The notes: generated by a model not told the origin, from the letters alone. Counted from the stretch's first letter, positions 13,355 to 27,313 are shown. The stretch: 64,000 nucleotides of DNA from Paraspadella gotoi (GCA_051294375.1 CM119270.1:18226110-18290109); one strand, 5' to 3'. A program made the numbers and translations.

Positions 13355-13492
<138 letters not shown>

Positions 13493-14953
13493 TTCTCATT
13501 GACTTTTTCTTTATGTCTCTCTATCTCTCTTTCTTTCTCTCTCTTATTGTTTCCCGATATTTCTGCAATATTTCTTATCATATTGTAATCATTAAACCGA
13601 CCCATGATATCTGTGATAAATTTGCCTAAAACGACGACGAAGACGACGACAAAGACGACGATAAAAATGACGACCAAAACTTCAACGACGAAAAAAAAAA
13701 AGAATCTCCGCCAAGAAATCGATAAAATTAGCCGATTGGGACGCAAAAGTCGATTGAGGACGATCATTTTTTAGCCGATCGGCAACCAACTGATGCGAAA
13801 CGACGACGAATATCGCGAAACGTCAGACGAATTAAGATGATTAAGATTAATCAATTAATTAATTAATTAATTAACGAATTAAGATGATTACGTGGAATTT
13901 TATAAATGAACTAATTAAATTAAGTTAAAACACAACGAAAAAGAATGAAACAATGAACAAAAGCAAAATAATACATATCTAATGCTTAAAAATTAATTGT
14001 CAGTTTCATTGCGTTCGGAATTGAAATTCAAATTAAAATTTAAGATTTTATAGCAAATTTTTAAATCAAAACGACGTGGCAAGCATGCGCGGCATTTGAA
14101 CGAAAGGTTATTGGAGAGATGAACGTGGGAGTGGCAGAGTGGCAAATTGGGACAACGTGGGTGTGGCAACTTTTGGCAACTTTTGGGTGACGAGGTTTTA
14201 TGGCGTCGATCTGTCGGGTGGCGCAGGTGGCCATTGATGGCATCGCGGCGCCGCCAAGCGTCAGCCCGCTCTCCTTGATTGGTTCCGCCTCTCCGGAAAC
14301 GCTGCCGCCGCCGCTGTCGCCGCGCCGCCGCTGACGCTTCTCTTGGTCGATTCATTCCAATTTCTACGCATTTTCGTCGTAGTCGCTGTCGTCGTCATCA
14401 TCGTCGTCGCTGTCGTCGTTATTATCGTCGTCGTCGTCGTCGTCGCTGTCGTCGTTATCATCGTGTCGCTGTCGTCGTTATCATCGTCGTCGCTGTCGTC
14501 GTTATCATCGTCGTCACTGTCGTCGTCGTCGCTGTCGTCGTCGTCGATTTCATCTTTTTCGTAATTTTCTTCGTTTTCTGTCAAAATCGTTATTTTAATA
14601 ATTTAATCGCCTTCATCATCATCTTCTGCACCGTCTTTTCATAAGTAGTACATATATACAAAACGTGATTGTCGGTTTAACACTAACAATATAATTTGTA
14701 AACCTTTTTCGACGAATCATTTTGTCATCGTTCCTTCGTCATCGTTTCGGTCGACTTTGTCGTTGTTTTCCTCTTTAAAAAACTTGTCGATGTCTTTCAT
14801 ATCATCGTCGTCGTTGTCATCGTCGTTGTCTTCTTCGTCGTCGTTGTCATCGTCGTTGTCTTCTTAGTCGTCGTTGTCTTCTTAGTCGTCGTTGTCATCG
14901 TCGTCCTTCCCCGATTTTATAGTCGGCGGTCGCAGTGAAAACGTCCCGGTGCA

Positions 14954-14987
<34 letters not shown>

Positions 14988-15157
14988 TGGCGCAGGGGAT
15001 TATCGTTTTATGACTCGAAAATAAAAATAAAAACCGAAGCGAAAAAGAAAAGTGACTGGAAATCGAAACGAATCGGAAAGAAAAAGACTCCGTCTCGTCT
15101 CTCTCTCTCTCTCTCTCAGTCCCCCGTTCTACTCCTCCTCTCTCTCTCCTTCTCTCT

Positions 15158-15194
<37 letters not shown>

Positions 15195-15384
15195 TTCAGC
15201 TTTTCCCTAAACAAACAACACACCCTCTTATCACCGTTCGACTGTGACATTGCCCAGCTGCTACTTTTCCCCCCCCTTCCCTTTTCCACCATGCAGCATT
15301 TCCTTTCTTTTTCTTCGGCACCGATTCGTTGCTCTCTCTCTCTTCTCTCTGCTCTCTCTCTCTCTCTCTTCTCTCTCGGGTCTC

Positions 15385-15419
<35 letters not shown>

Positions 15420-15780
15420 TTCACTGCCGGTCTGCAACACGAACCAAAAAGAGTGAGAAAAAAAAAGACTGTTAATGCAAAAATCAGAAAAAAAGTCCGA
15501 GATAAAAAAACATGAAACAACATGGGAAAAAACTCGTCGAGAGCGAACAGCACCACGAGAGAGATGAGAGACGAGAAGAGAAGAGAGAGAGAGATAGAGA
15601 GATGAGAAGAAGTCTACGGAGAGAGAGAGAGAGAGAATCAACAAAAGAGCAACGAGAGGAAAAAAAACAGAAGCCACAAAGAAAAACTGTGGAGATTAGC
15701 GACACTCGTTGAAAACGGCGGAGAACGAAACTAATGAATGGAATTGTTCCGTGGCGATGGAAGCGGCGCTCGCGTTGGGT

Positions 15781-15794
15781 CCAGCAGAGGGCGT
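15781..15794 (+). promoter_or_regulatory. Candidate CTCF-binding site
   Basis: CCAGCAGAGGGCGT matches 13 of 14 positions of CCASYAGRKGGCRS, in a small GC-rich island. Confidence 0.3.
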
Positions 15795-16401
15795 GTTAGA
15801 AGATGAGGTTTGCGTCAGGGATTCGAGTAGGCGTGGCTGGCTGGAAAAGTCTCTTTTTTAGGTTTATTAATTTCATGATGATAAATCAATTTGGTTTTTA
15901 ATTTTAACTAATTTTTTACCGCCATCAAGAGCAGCGTGATTACAAAACAATTGACGAAAATATTGGTTCTTTTATTCATAGAAAACACGGACGTTTCTCC
16001 TTATACCAATAAGCTTGTATAATATAAATAAGCCTGTATAGTGTATAATGTCCAAGAAAACAAACAAGTTCTCTCATATGAACTACAATTGCTATCCTTA
16101 ATTATTAAAAAAAACTTTCGATCGTTTTATAACTTTTCATTACAAAGACCTTTTTTCATTAAGTGCATTATTATTAGCCTTCATTACAATAATTACTTTT
16201 TTTAATTTGCCATATCTAAGAGTTATTGCCAATATCTAATTACAAACAATAATAACACATTTCTTATGAACCAGGAATTATTAACTTTCTCTGATTAAGA
16301 GAAAAGAGATTCTTTTCAATTTTCCTCTCGAAACCTCGAGACTTTTTTAATCTCCTCTCGCTCTCTCTCCGATTTACATATTTTTCAAGAGTCGACATTT
16401 T

Positions 16402-16439
<38 letters not shown>

Positions 16440-16751
16440 CTTTTTCTCTTTCTCGTTGTTTTTTTCCTCCCTCTCTCAGAGCTTTTCCTTAATTTCGCAG
16501 CGACGGCCATTTGTTCGCGTCTTACGTGACAATCTCTCAGGACCTTACCTCTCTCCTCTCTCTCGTCTCTCTCAACTCTCTTTCTCTCTCTCTCTCTCTC
16601 TTCTCATCCCCTTTTTCCAGCAGCCAAACATCAATTTAAGTTGATGCTAATGCCCCCTTTAAGGCCACAGAGCCGAAAACTGTTTCATGAATCCTAAATG
16701 CAATGTTTTTTGTCGCGGATTTACAACTGCCTCTCTCTCTCTCTCTCTCTG

Positions 16752-16802
<51 letters not shown>

Positions 16803-18550
16803 GCCTCGCTCGCCTCGCTCCCGTTAAAAATAAATACAAATTAGCGAGATTTGAAAAGAAAGCAATGAGGGAAGAAGAGGAGAGAGAGAGCAGAGGAGTG
16901 ATGCAGACCAAGAGGAGAGGAGGAGCGATGAGGGAGAGACGAGAGATAGAGAGGAGAGATGATGAGAGAGAGAGAGTGAGTTACCTCTGTTTCTTTAACT
17001 CGGATATCCGATGCTTTTCTTTCCGAGACACGAAACCGTCTTTTTCTAACGAAAAAAAAATTGCAAAAAATAAAAACTAAACTAAACAATTTTGTGCACC
17101 AAAACGAGAAAAGAGGCGCTTTCGGAAAATAAGGCCTCTATTCGTCTCCACTCTAGAGAATCGGGATTCCATCGGACCAGAAAAAAAAAATCAGGGTTTA
17201 CACGTTGGGTTTTCATAAACACAAAAAAAATAGGAGGAGTCCATCGGAAAAACCATTTCTCTGTTTACGTCGACGTTTTTCCCTTTAATTTATTTTCTCG
17301 CGCGCGCGTTTCCGAAAGGGGATTTTCATCGTTGTCGTCGTTGTTGTTGTTGTTGTCGTCGTCGTCATCGTCGTCGTGTTTGTGATTCTCCAGAATCGAG
17401 TGTCTCTGGCTTAAATTAACTTAACTTTAAAAAAAAAATTAAACAATTTAACTATTTAACAATCTGACAGATCCTGCCCCAAGCCTTGTACCTTCCTTAG
17501 AACTTTCCTTAAATCAAACTTACTTTCCTCTCTCCTATTATAAGATTTTCTTTTCTTTTTCGTCATTCGCAAAATAATTTGACTTTTTGCCAACAAAAAA
17601 AAATAAAAATTAAGTTAATTTTTAGCTTTAAAGTTAGGAGAATTTAGCTAGAAATACGTAGGTTACGGATTAGTGTTAAGGATTAAGATAGTAACTAGAG
17701 TTAGCGAACAGGGTTTAGGAACTTAGGTTTGGAAATAGAGTTAAATATTTGGCATTATTGTGTTAAAAGAAAGTTTAAGGATTAAGGAGAAAGTGAGCCC
17801 AATATTTATTAATTCTGTCCCGTGACAACATCTAAATCCTGTCCTTAAAATTGTCAGTAGCTTCTCACCCAATATGCGCATTTTATTCCCAATTCTACGT
17901 TTAGTACAAACAATAACAAACATAATAATATTACAATTTTCGGCACCGGACAAATTACCGACAACGTCCGACCCCTCATATTCCGACTCCTACACCCAGC
18001 GCCCCCTAAATCTTTCGCTCCGGAGTCAAATCCTTTTTTTTGTCCTCAGGTCGAGACCCAAAGTCCAGTCGCGGAAAGACCCGGCTGAGACTCGAAAGTG
18101 GGGGCAAGACTCGGCCCAGGTGGTGGAGGGGTGTCATTGCGGATTGCAGGAGGACACCGATAAAAGATGAAAGATTCCGGCGACGTTCAGGAAATGAAAA
18201 AGATGACGCTGGGCAAACGGAACCCAGTTTTCCATTCGCGGTGGAGAGAAAAAAAAAAGAGAGTAGAAACTCCTGATGGTGAATATGAATTTATTACTGA
18301 GATGAGGAGTGACTTTTTTATGGGGGGGGGAAAGGGTTTAAGGTTTTGATATCTTTTACATATTTTGAACTTTATTTGTTTACGTATTTTTTTAATACAT
18401 TTTATTTTTTACGGTGTACAGATAAAATCAATTTATATGATTTTTTTTTTGAAGAAATAAACTTTTAGAGACTTTTTTTATTTCCGTTTAATTTGCCTCA
18501 ACTTTTCTTTTTTTCCTCCTTCTCTCACGCCTCCTGTACTTCATCCCTTT

Positions 18551-18651
<101 letters not shown>

Positions 18652-19047
18652 CTCGTTTTTCTCCGTCAACCTCTGTCTTCGCTTCGCTGCCTTTTTTTCA
18701 GTTAGAATAAATTTACATGAGATGTTTCAGTGACGAAACAAACAAAAATATCTATGTCTTTCTTCCTCTATCTTTCTCTCTCTCTCTCTTTCTAACCTTA
18801 AACATCTCTCAAGTTTCCTTCTTCTTCAATATATTTTTACAATTTATTTCACCTCTTACCTCTTTGTATTTTATATAAGATTTCTTTTTTCTTGTTTTTT
18901 TTAATTTTTCCCTCGTCACAGAAGAAAGAATCAGACGTCGACACGAAATTTTACTTTTAAATTTGAAGTCGCCATTGATCCCGATTTGAGAAAAAAAAGT
19001 GAAATAGAAATTGTAGAGTTTTTTTTTAAGTTACAACATGAATCTTC

Positions 19048-19096
<49 letters not shown>

Positions 19097-19788
19097 GCTC
19101 TCTCTCTCTCTCTCATCTCTCCTCCAAATACAAGGCACACCCAAACCGCTAACGCAGAAATTCTGCTACAAACGCTCCACCGAATAAACCCAATGTCGCA
19201 ACAAATGGAAACGAATAAAAATTAAATTAAAAAAAACTGTGACACTGTTAGAATCCGAGTTGGTTAGATTCGCGCCGCATCTTTCCGAGACATCATCGAT
19301 ATCTTCTATCGTCTCTCTCATTCCTCTTTCTCTCTCTCTTTTCTCTCTCTCTCTCTCTCCTCCTCCTCGATCTTATTCCTCGTCTCTCTCTCTCTCCTCT
19401 CCTCATCTCTCTCTCTCTCTCTCTCCTCTCACTCTCGTCTCTCTTTTCCCTCAGGGATTTTCCCGGTTTACTTTTTGTCTTTCTTTCATTCTTTTATTTC
19501 TTTCTATTATTTTCACGACGCTTTCTTTCTTAACCTCTCTTTCCGGTAACCTTTTTTTCTTTTTTGTTACCTTCCTTTCTTCACTTCTCTTTCCTTGTTT
19601 TTCGGCTTTTCTTCCTTTATTTTTTTTTATCTTTAAGGTTTAGGTTTAAAAAAAAAGTTTGAAAAGTGAAAATGGAAAGTGAAATATGGGGAGACGAAAA
19701 ATTAAATTAAATGGATGGTGAGAAAGAAAGAGAGAGAAGCAGAGAGAGAAGGAATGGAAGAGTAAGGGGAAACAGAAAAAAAGAAAAA

Positions 19789-19864
<76 letters not shown>

Positions 19865-19973
19865 AACTAAAAGTTTCTAAAATCTTCAATGTGCTATTAC
19901 AAAGAGGGAGATAAAAAGTTGGTTAATCTTTATTACAATTTTTTTTTTCAAATTCCGGCATTTCTCTCCCACG

Positions 19974-20011
<38 letters not shown>

Positions 20012-21761
20012 NNNNNNNNNNNNNNNNNNNNNNNNNNNNNNNNNNNNNNNNNNNNNNNNNNNNNNNNNNNNNNNNNNNNNNNNNNNNNNNNNNNNNNNNN
20101 NNNNNNNNNNNNNNNNNNNNNNNNNNNNNNNNNNNNNNNNNNNNNNNNNNNNNNNNNNNNNNNNNNNNNNNNNNNNNNNNNNNNNNNNNNNNNNNNNNNN
20201 NNNNNNNNNNNNNNNNNNNNNNNNNNNNNNNNNNNNNNNNNNNNNNNNNNNNNNNNNNNNNNNNNNNNNNNNNNNNNNNNNNNNNNNNNNNNNNNNNNNN
20301 NNNNNNNNNNNNNNNNNNNNNNNNNNNNNNNNNNNNNNNNNNNNNNNNNNNNNNNNNNNNNNNNNNNNNNNNNNNNNNNNNNNNNNNNNNNNNNNNNNNN
20401 NNNNNNNNNNNNNNNNNNNNNNNNNNNNNNNNNNNNNNNNNNNNNNNNNNNNNNNNNNNNNNNNNNNNNNNNNNNNNNNNNNNNNNNNNNNNNNNNNNNN
20501 NNNNNNNNNCTGGGAAAAATAAAAAAAATGAACAAAACCATAAAACGTTGACGCCGGCTTCTTTCCCTCCCGCCGCCACCGACGCCGCCGCCGCCGCATC
20601 CTCGCCGCTCCGACGCTGCCGCTGCCGCCGCCGCCGCCTAAGCCGTGACGTCATCGCTCGCGACCCAAAGATGGCGCTGGGTTAAAACAAAAAGGTGGGA
20701 GGAAAAAAAAGCGGAGATACGAAGAAAAAAAATAGAGCGGAGGGGGGGAAGGATAAAAACCCGCGTGAACGTGAAGGGGTGAAAGAATTGTGAAAAGCGA
20801 AAAGAGATAAAGAAAAAAGAAGAAAAAAGGAACGTGAAATATAATCGGTCTCGGTGAAACCCTTTGGGACGGGGTCGTCACAACCCGTCGCTAAGCAACG
20901 GCGACAACAACAATGTCACCAAAGTCACAAAGTTCACAACGTCGATCACTCACATTAAATTAAAGGAAAAAAAACCCTTACGTCGCGTTTCTCTCGGCCT
21001 CACCTCGCATCACGCTGCTTGATAACGATTCACTTACCCTTTAAACGCTGCTGCTTTTTCCAACAATTCTCGACGCTGAGCCTCACTTTTTAAAACTTCT
21101 TTTAAATTGGCTCCACTTTCCTCGCTTCTTCTCCCTAACGCTGCTTTAACGTTACTTTTCTTTCACCCAACTTCTCTTTTACCACTACTTTTCTTTCTCC
21201 CGACTTTTCTTTCTCCCAACTTCTTTTTTACCACTACTTTTCTTTCTCCCTACTTTTCTTTCACCCAACTTCTCTTTCATCCTGCTTATCTTTCGCCCTA
21301 CTCTTCTTTCTCCCAAATTTTCTATCACCTTACTTTTCTTTTATCCTTCTTATCTTTCACCCCACTTCTCTTTCTCCTTACTTTTCTATCACGCTACCTC
21401 TCTTTACGCCACCTATCTCCGCGCCATCTCACGCCGTCTCTCCCCCCCCCNNNNNNNNNNNNNNNNNNNNNNNNNNNNNNNNNNNNNNNNNNNNNNNNNN
21501 NNNNNNNNNNNNNNNNNNNNNNNNNNNNNNNNNNNNNNNNNNNNNNNNNNNNNNNNNNNNNNNNNNNNNNNNNNNNNNNNNNNNNNNNNNNNNNNNNNNN
21601 NNNNNNNNNNNNNNNNNNNNNNNNNNNNNNNNNNNNNNNNNNNNNNNNNNNNNNNNNNNNNNNNNNNNNNNNNNNNNNNNNNNNNNNNNNNNNNNNNNNN
21701 NNNNNNNNNNNNNNNNNNNNNNNNNNNNNAAAAAGAAAAAAAAATCATTTCTTTTCTGGAA

Positions 21762-23467
21762 TCACGTGACACGTCGCCACCTCCAACGACGACAACGACG
21801 ACAACAACGACGACGACGCCTATTTCCAATATGCGACGCCGGGGGCGCCGTCCCGCCGCGGCGCCCGATTCCGGATCCGCAATATCGCGGCGCTGGAATT
21901 TCCAGTCGCGATTCACGTGACGTGAACGTAAAAAAAAAATCACACTGTGAGTTCGTGAAGGATTACCGTGGCTTGAAGAAAAAAAAAACGTTGAACAAAA
22001 AAGAAAACAAAAATCACTGTGAGAGAGAGAAAAAAAAAAGTTTCGACCGTTAAAAAAAAAATAAAATCGCTGAACGTCGAAATAAAAAGAAACAAAATCT
22101 TCGGATTTCCGAATTTTCTCTCGGAGGAAAAAAAAAAGAAGAAAAGATCAACTGCACAAGGACGACGACGACGACGACGAAAACGACGACATAAAGGAAT
22201 AACAACAACAACAAGAACAACAACAACGATCGATCGTTTTTCTTCGTCCTATGAGTTTGCATCGTTAGGAAATTTCGTTCTCTGGTTCTCGATTTCGAAA
22301 AGAATAAAAAAAAAAAACAGAATGCATGACAAAAAAAAAACCCAAAAAAATGAATTCTTGTAAACTTTTACCGCCAGGACTTTCATTTTAAAAAACAAAT
22401 TCAGAGAAAATAAACAAACAAACAAACAAACGAAGATTTCTGATATTAAACGAAATAAAAACGCGCTCAATTGATAAATCGCGAATTTATTAAACGAACA
22501 ACAACAACAAACAACAACAGCGTCGATCTTTCCTCCCTCCTCCTCCTCCTCCTCCTCCTCCGCGCGCCCATCTCCACATCCGGGTGGGCGCGCCCCTACA
22601 CATCCGGCTCCACGATGTCGTTCTTGATGCAATTCAAGGACCTGGTGGCGCAGACAGTCGGGATCGACGACGCTTGTGATCGACTCAACCGGAAGTACAC
22701 GTCGCTCGTCCTCCTTGTTCTAGTTGTCCCTTTATTCGGAAAGCAATACATCGGGGATCCAATAGAGGTCAGTGGGGTCAAAGGGGGGGGGTTGGGGTTG
22801 TTTTCTTGTTTCCTTTCATTCGTTTCTTTGTTGTGGTGTTGTTGTTTTTTTGGTTGTTGCAGTTGTGGTTGTTTTCTCGTTTTCCTGTTTTCTTGTTTTC
22901 TTGTTTTCTTGTTTGTTTCTTTGTTTTCTTGTTTTCTTGTGTCTTTTGGTTTTGTTTTAGTTGTCGAAGTTTTGTTTGTTTCTTGTCGAGGTTGTTGTTT
23001 TGAATATTTTCGTGAATTTTTGTGGCTGTTTCTTGTTTCTTTTAATAGTGGTTATCTAAGAGATTTACGTTGTTACTGTGGTCGTTTTTTTTATTGTCGA
23101 TGTGTCTGTTTCTTTTCGTGATTGTTTTTGCAGTTGTTTTTTTTGGTGGGGGGCGATACATTGTTGTGATTATTGGTTGGTTTTTGTGAAGATTTTTTAT
23201 TTTTTTAATGGATGTTGTCGTGATTTTCTATTTGTTGTTGTCTTCGTCGTCCCGGGTCGACCATCAGAGTTCCATCAGAGTTCCATCAGAGAACGTTATC
23301 GTTCTTGTCTTCGATCGTTACATCGAAATTAAAGTTCATTAAACTTCGATAACCGATGCGATTAAAATGTTAATGTTTCATTTGCATGTGACGAATGGTT
23401 GGGTTCTTTAAGGACTTTTAGTTTATTTTAGAAGGCGTATTGTGAAATAACTAAATTAGGATTAAGA

Positions 23468-23505
<38 letters not shown>

Positions 23506-25849
23506 CTCTCTCCTCTCTCTCTCGATCTCTCCCCTCTCTCTCTCTCTCTCTCTCCCCTCTCTCTCTCTCTCGCTCTCTCTCTCTTCCCTCTTTCCGTGAT
23601 CAATATCCGACATTACCCTCGCGAGGATAAACTTCCTTCTACTCAGCGTCGAGTCTCGAGCGATTCGCAACGATGGTCACGTGACACAGGAACCAGTCAC
23701 GTGATTACAAATCCTTATTTTTGCGCTTCAGATTTACTAATAGCTCTTTCAAATGAATCGTATCCTCGTCAGAAGCATATCGAATGCATAATTGCGTTGA
23801 CATAATAGAGTAAATGTCATAAGGTTATATCTTGATATTCGTGCGACACCATTTGCCGATGGCCGTATCACGTGAAATATCACGGTGACTCATCGATCAG
23901 AGTGACGGTCCATNNNNNNNNNNNNNNNNNNNNNNNNNNNNNNNNNNNNNNNNNNNNNNNNNNNNNNNNNNNNNNNNNNNNNNNNNNNNNNNNNNNNNNN
24001 NNNNNNNNNNNNNNNNNNNNNNNNNNNNNNNNNNNNNNNNNNNNNNNNNNNNNNNNNNNNNNNNNNNNNNNNNNNNNNNNNNNNNNNNNNNNNNNNNNNA
24101 GAGAGAGAGAGAGAGCTGAGTTTCTCTTCCTCCTCCCCCGCATTTATGTTGGTCACGCTGAAGTGGAGGGCGGGTGATACGGGGGAGGTGGGTCAGTGAG
24201 GAGGGTGGGAGATAAGGAGAAGGTGGGTGAGGTTGGTGAATGAGATGGGTGGGTGATACGCGGGAAAAGGTTGAGGTTGGTGATTGAGGTGGGTGGGTAA
24301 GGTGAGTAGGAAAAGAAAAGGGAAGGAGAGAAAGAAGTGTAAGGGGTGGAAATTGGCGAAACGGGAAGAAAAGGGAGGAAAGGGAGGAAAGAAAACGGAA
24401 AAGAGAGGGAAAGGGAGGAAAAGGAGGAAAGGAGATGGAAAGCGAGGAAAGGGAGGAAAAAAGAGGGTAAGGGAGGAAAAAAGAGGGAAAGTGAGGAAAG
24501 GAGAAGAAAAGGGAGAAAAGGGAGAGGAAAGGGAGGAATGAGGAAGGAAAGGGAGAAAATGAAGAGGAAAGGGAGGAAAGGGAGGAAAGCGAGGAAATGG
24601 AAGAAAGGAGAGAGAAAGGGAGGAAAGGAAAAGGAAAGGGAGGAAAGGAGAGGGAAAGGGAGGAAAGGAAAATGAAAGGGAGGAAAGGAGAGGGAAAGGG
24701 AGGAGAGCGAGATTGTGATGAGGGAGAAGAGGAAAAAAAACCCCTGAATCAATCAGAGGAGAAGTTTCAAGTAGGGTTTGTTGTGCTGGAAGCAACGCAG
24801 AGGGCGAGGATAACAGGGGCGGNNNNNNNNNNNNNNNNNNNNNNNNNNNNNNNNNNNNNNNNNNNNNNNNNNNNNNNNNNNNNNNNNNNNNNNNNNNNNN
24901 NNNNNNNNNNNNNNNNNNNNNNNNNNNNNNNNNNNNNNNNNNNNNNNNNNNNNNNNNNNNNNNNNNNNNNNNNNNNNNNNNNNNNNNNNNNNNNNNNNNN
25001 NNNNNNNNNNNNNNNNNNNNNNNNNNNNNNNNNNNNNNNNNNNNNNNNNNNNNNNNNNNNNNNNNNNNNNNNNNNNTGGGAGAAGTGAGCGGGGGGGAGA
25101 GACTGAAATCTCCCCCGGAATCCGGATTTCTCTTTGATTGACGTCAACTCGAGTCTTTGGGCGAAAAGGATTTGACCTCGATCCAGATCAAGATCAGATT
25201 CGTACGCGCAACGACCCGTTCGTGGGGTGCGTGCATCCTTGCGTCCGCCCCTCCTTCCGTCCGTCCGTTTGTCCGTGTGACCGTACAACCATTTATGCTC
25301 CCTAATTCAGTCCTTCAATCTCTTCGTGCTTTTTAACCAACCACCGTCCGTCCGTCCGTCCGTCCGTCCCTCCTTCCGTTGATCCGTTGTTCGTTCGTCT
25401 ATCTCTTTGTCTGTCCGTCCGTCTCTCTGTCCGTCCAACTTCTCTTTTTAACGAGCATGCGCCGATCTTTGTACGGCTGCTTTTTTCGCTCGATCGGGCG
25501 TGACGAATGGCGTTTGTCCGGGGGGGGGAATAGGGGGGCGGGTCCTTGACGCCAGAGTTTGGGCGGTGATGCGAATGCGAATGGAAACGAAACGGTACGA
25601 GTTTGTGAATGTCACAAACGTCTTAAATATCACAAATTCTGGTGCAAAACTGAGCCTCTTTTGTTTTTTGAATATTTGAAGCATTTTGACTTTGTCCGTC
25701 TTGCGCCTGAGGAGTTTTGGTCAGCCGATTTTAGAAAATCAGCGAGTGAATCTATTCGGTGGAAAATTGGCAACAACAAAAACAACGACGACGAAGACGA
25801 CGACGAAGACGACGACGACGACCGGACGTGACTGCGATTCGTCACGTGA
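21762..25849. promoter_or_regulatory. Cluster of six palindromic TCACGTGA E-boxes around innexin exon 1
   Basis: Exact 8-mers at 21762, 21913, 23677 (GTCACGTGAC), 23697, 23868 and 25842. GC-rich patches at 20560-20680 and 21830-21900; TGACGTCA (CRE) at 20646. Confidence 0.45.
22615..22767 (+). CDS. inx: Innexin, coding exon 1 (N-terminus, TM1, start of extracellular loop 1)
   Basis: ATG at 22615 gives MSFLMQFKDLVAQTVGIDDACDRLNRKYTSLVLLVLVVPLFGKQYIGDPIE (51 codons). It has the innexin DDxxDRLNxxYT and KQYxGxPIxC motifs and ends at a phase-0 donor GAG|GTCAGT. Confidence 0.93.
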
Positions 25850-26330
25850 TCGTCGTCGTCGTCGTCGTCGCGCGTGCGCGAGAAAGCGCTTTGTTTGTGA
25901 GAGTACTGGTTGGAAAAGAGGGAGAGGGAGAGGGAGAGGGGAGGGAGAGAGGGAGAGAGAAGGCGAGATTTGGGGGGACGAGAGAGCGATGGCGAAGAGG
26001 AGAAGGGAGAGAAAAGAGAGGGAGGTAAGGAGGGGGTAAGGAGGGGGCTTATCTTAGGAGAATGAATGACAAAAGTGAAAAATGAAACTAGAAAAAAGAT
26101 AGATAAATACTAAGACAGTTGAGTAATGACTAATGAGTATAATATAAAGTTAAATGGAGAGGGTTTTTGTTAATTAATTAGTTTAAAAATTTATGAAACA
26201 AATCTGTAGTTGAAAAAAAAAAATTTTGAAAATTGGGTTCGAAAAAATAATAATTTGATTAGGGAGAAAAAAAAAAGTTGCGCGTGACATTTTTATGAAG
26301 GCCGTGGATTCTCGGCGTCGCAGGAGGTCG

Positions 26331-26765
26331 AAAATGGCGGACGAGAAATGGAGACGTCCTTGAGAATGCAAATCGGTGCCAAAAATGGAGACGTCCTTGA
26401 GAATGCAAATCGGTGCCAAAAATGGAGACGTCCTTGAGAATGCAAATCGGTGCCAAAAATGGCGGATTCCTGAAGAAAGCAAATCGGGGGCTAAAGATAG
26501 CTGAGTCATTGAGAATGCAAATTTTTACCTGAGCCAAAGATGGTAGGTTCCTTGAAAATGCAAACCTGTACCAAAAAATGGCAGAGTCCTTAAGAATGCA
26601 AATCGGTGCCAACAATGGCGGAAATCTTAAAAATGCCAACCTGGGCCAATAATGGAATGCTTCAGAATGCAAATCGGTCCTTGAAAAATGCAATTTGGGG
26701 ACAAAGATTGCCTCGTCGTAAAGAATGCCAAAGACGGGAAATTGGTGCCAAGGATGCAAATCGTT
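26331..26765 (+). repeat. 37-bp minisatellite (ATGGAGACGTCCTTGAGAATGCAAATCGGTGCCAAAA)
   Basis: Three identical units start at 26348, 26385 and 26422, followed by progressively diverged units. Inverted copy at ~52935-53325. Confidence 0.9.
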
Positions 26766-27279
26766 CCTATGTTTGCACAGGCGCAATTATTTAAAATAAA
26801 TTAAAGGCAACATAAACAGCTACGTATAAAAAATATCATGACACAGTGACTCTAACATGTGATGGGTGGTTTTATGGGGTCGAGCGAACTGACTTCGTGG
26901 TCCAAAGGGTAAATATGACAGGGGCGAATGACCGCCTGTTGACGACCTAAGCCATAAGGACAAACAAAGGTCCCCAGGGGAGCGCTTAAAGGCTCACATG
27001 GGCGCTCAGTGAGCTCCCCCGATCTCGTAAGGACAAGAAAGCGTCAACGAACGAACGAAGATTCTCGTCAAAAAAGATGACGCGTGGCGTAAATTAAGAC
27101 GGATTAAACGCTTTGTGGCGCGCGATGACGCCAATGAAGATAAATTGAGAGANNNNNNNNNNNNNNNNNNNNNNNNNNNNNNNNNNNNNNNNNNNNNNNN
27201 NNNNNNNNNNNNNNNNNNNNNNNNNNNNNNNNNNNNNNNNNNNNNNNNNNNNNNNNNNNNNNNNNNNNNNNNNNNNNNN

Positions 27280-27313
<34 letters not shown>

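Noticed and set aside
22768-23121. Read-through of the exon 1 ORF into a Cys/Phe-rich 216-aa protein
   Set aside because: Beyond the GTCAGT donor the frame stays open only because the intron is T/G-rich low complexity. Innexin homology continues in exon 2.
26348-26460. 37-bp direct repeats resembling a CRISPR array
   Set aside because: The units are head-to-tail with no unique spacers, there are no cas genes, and the context is a spliceosomal intron. It is a minisatellite.
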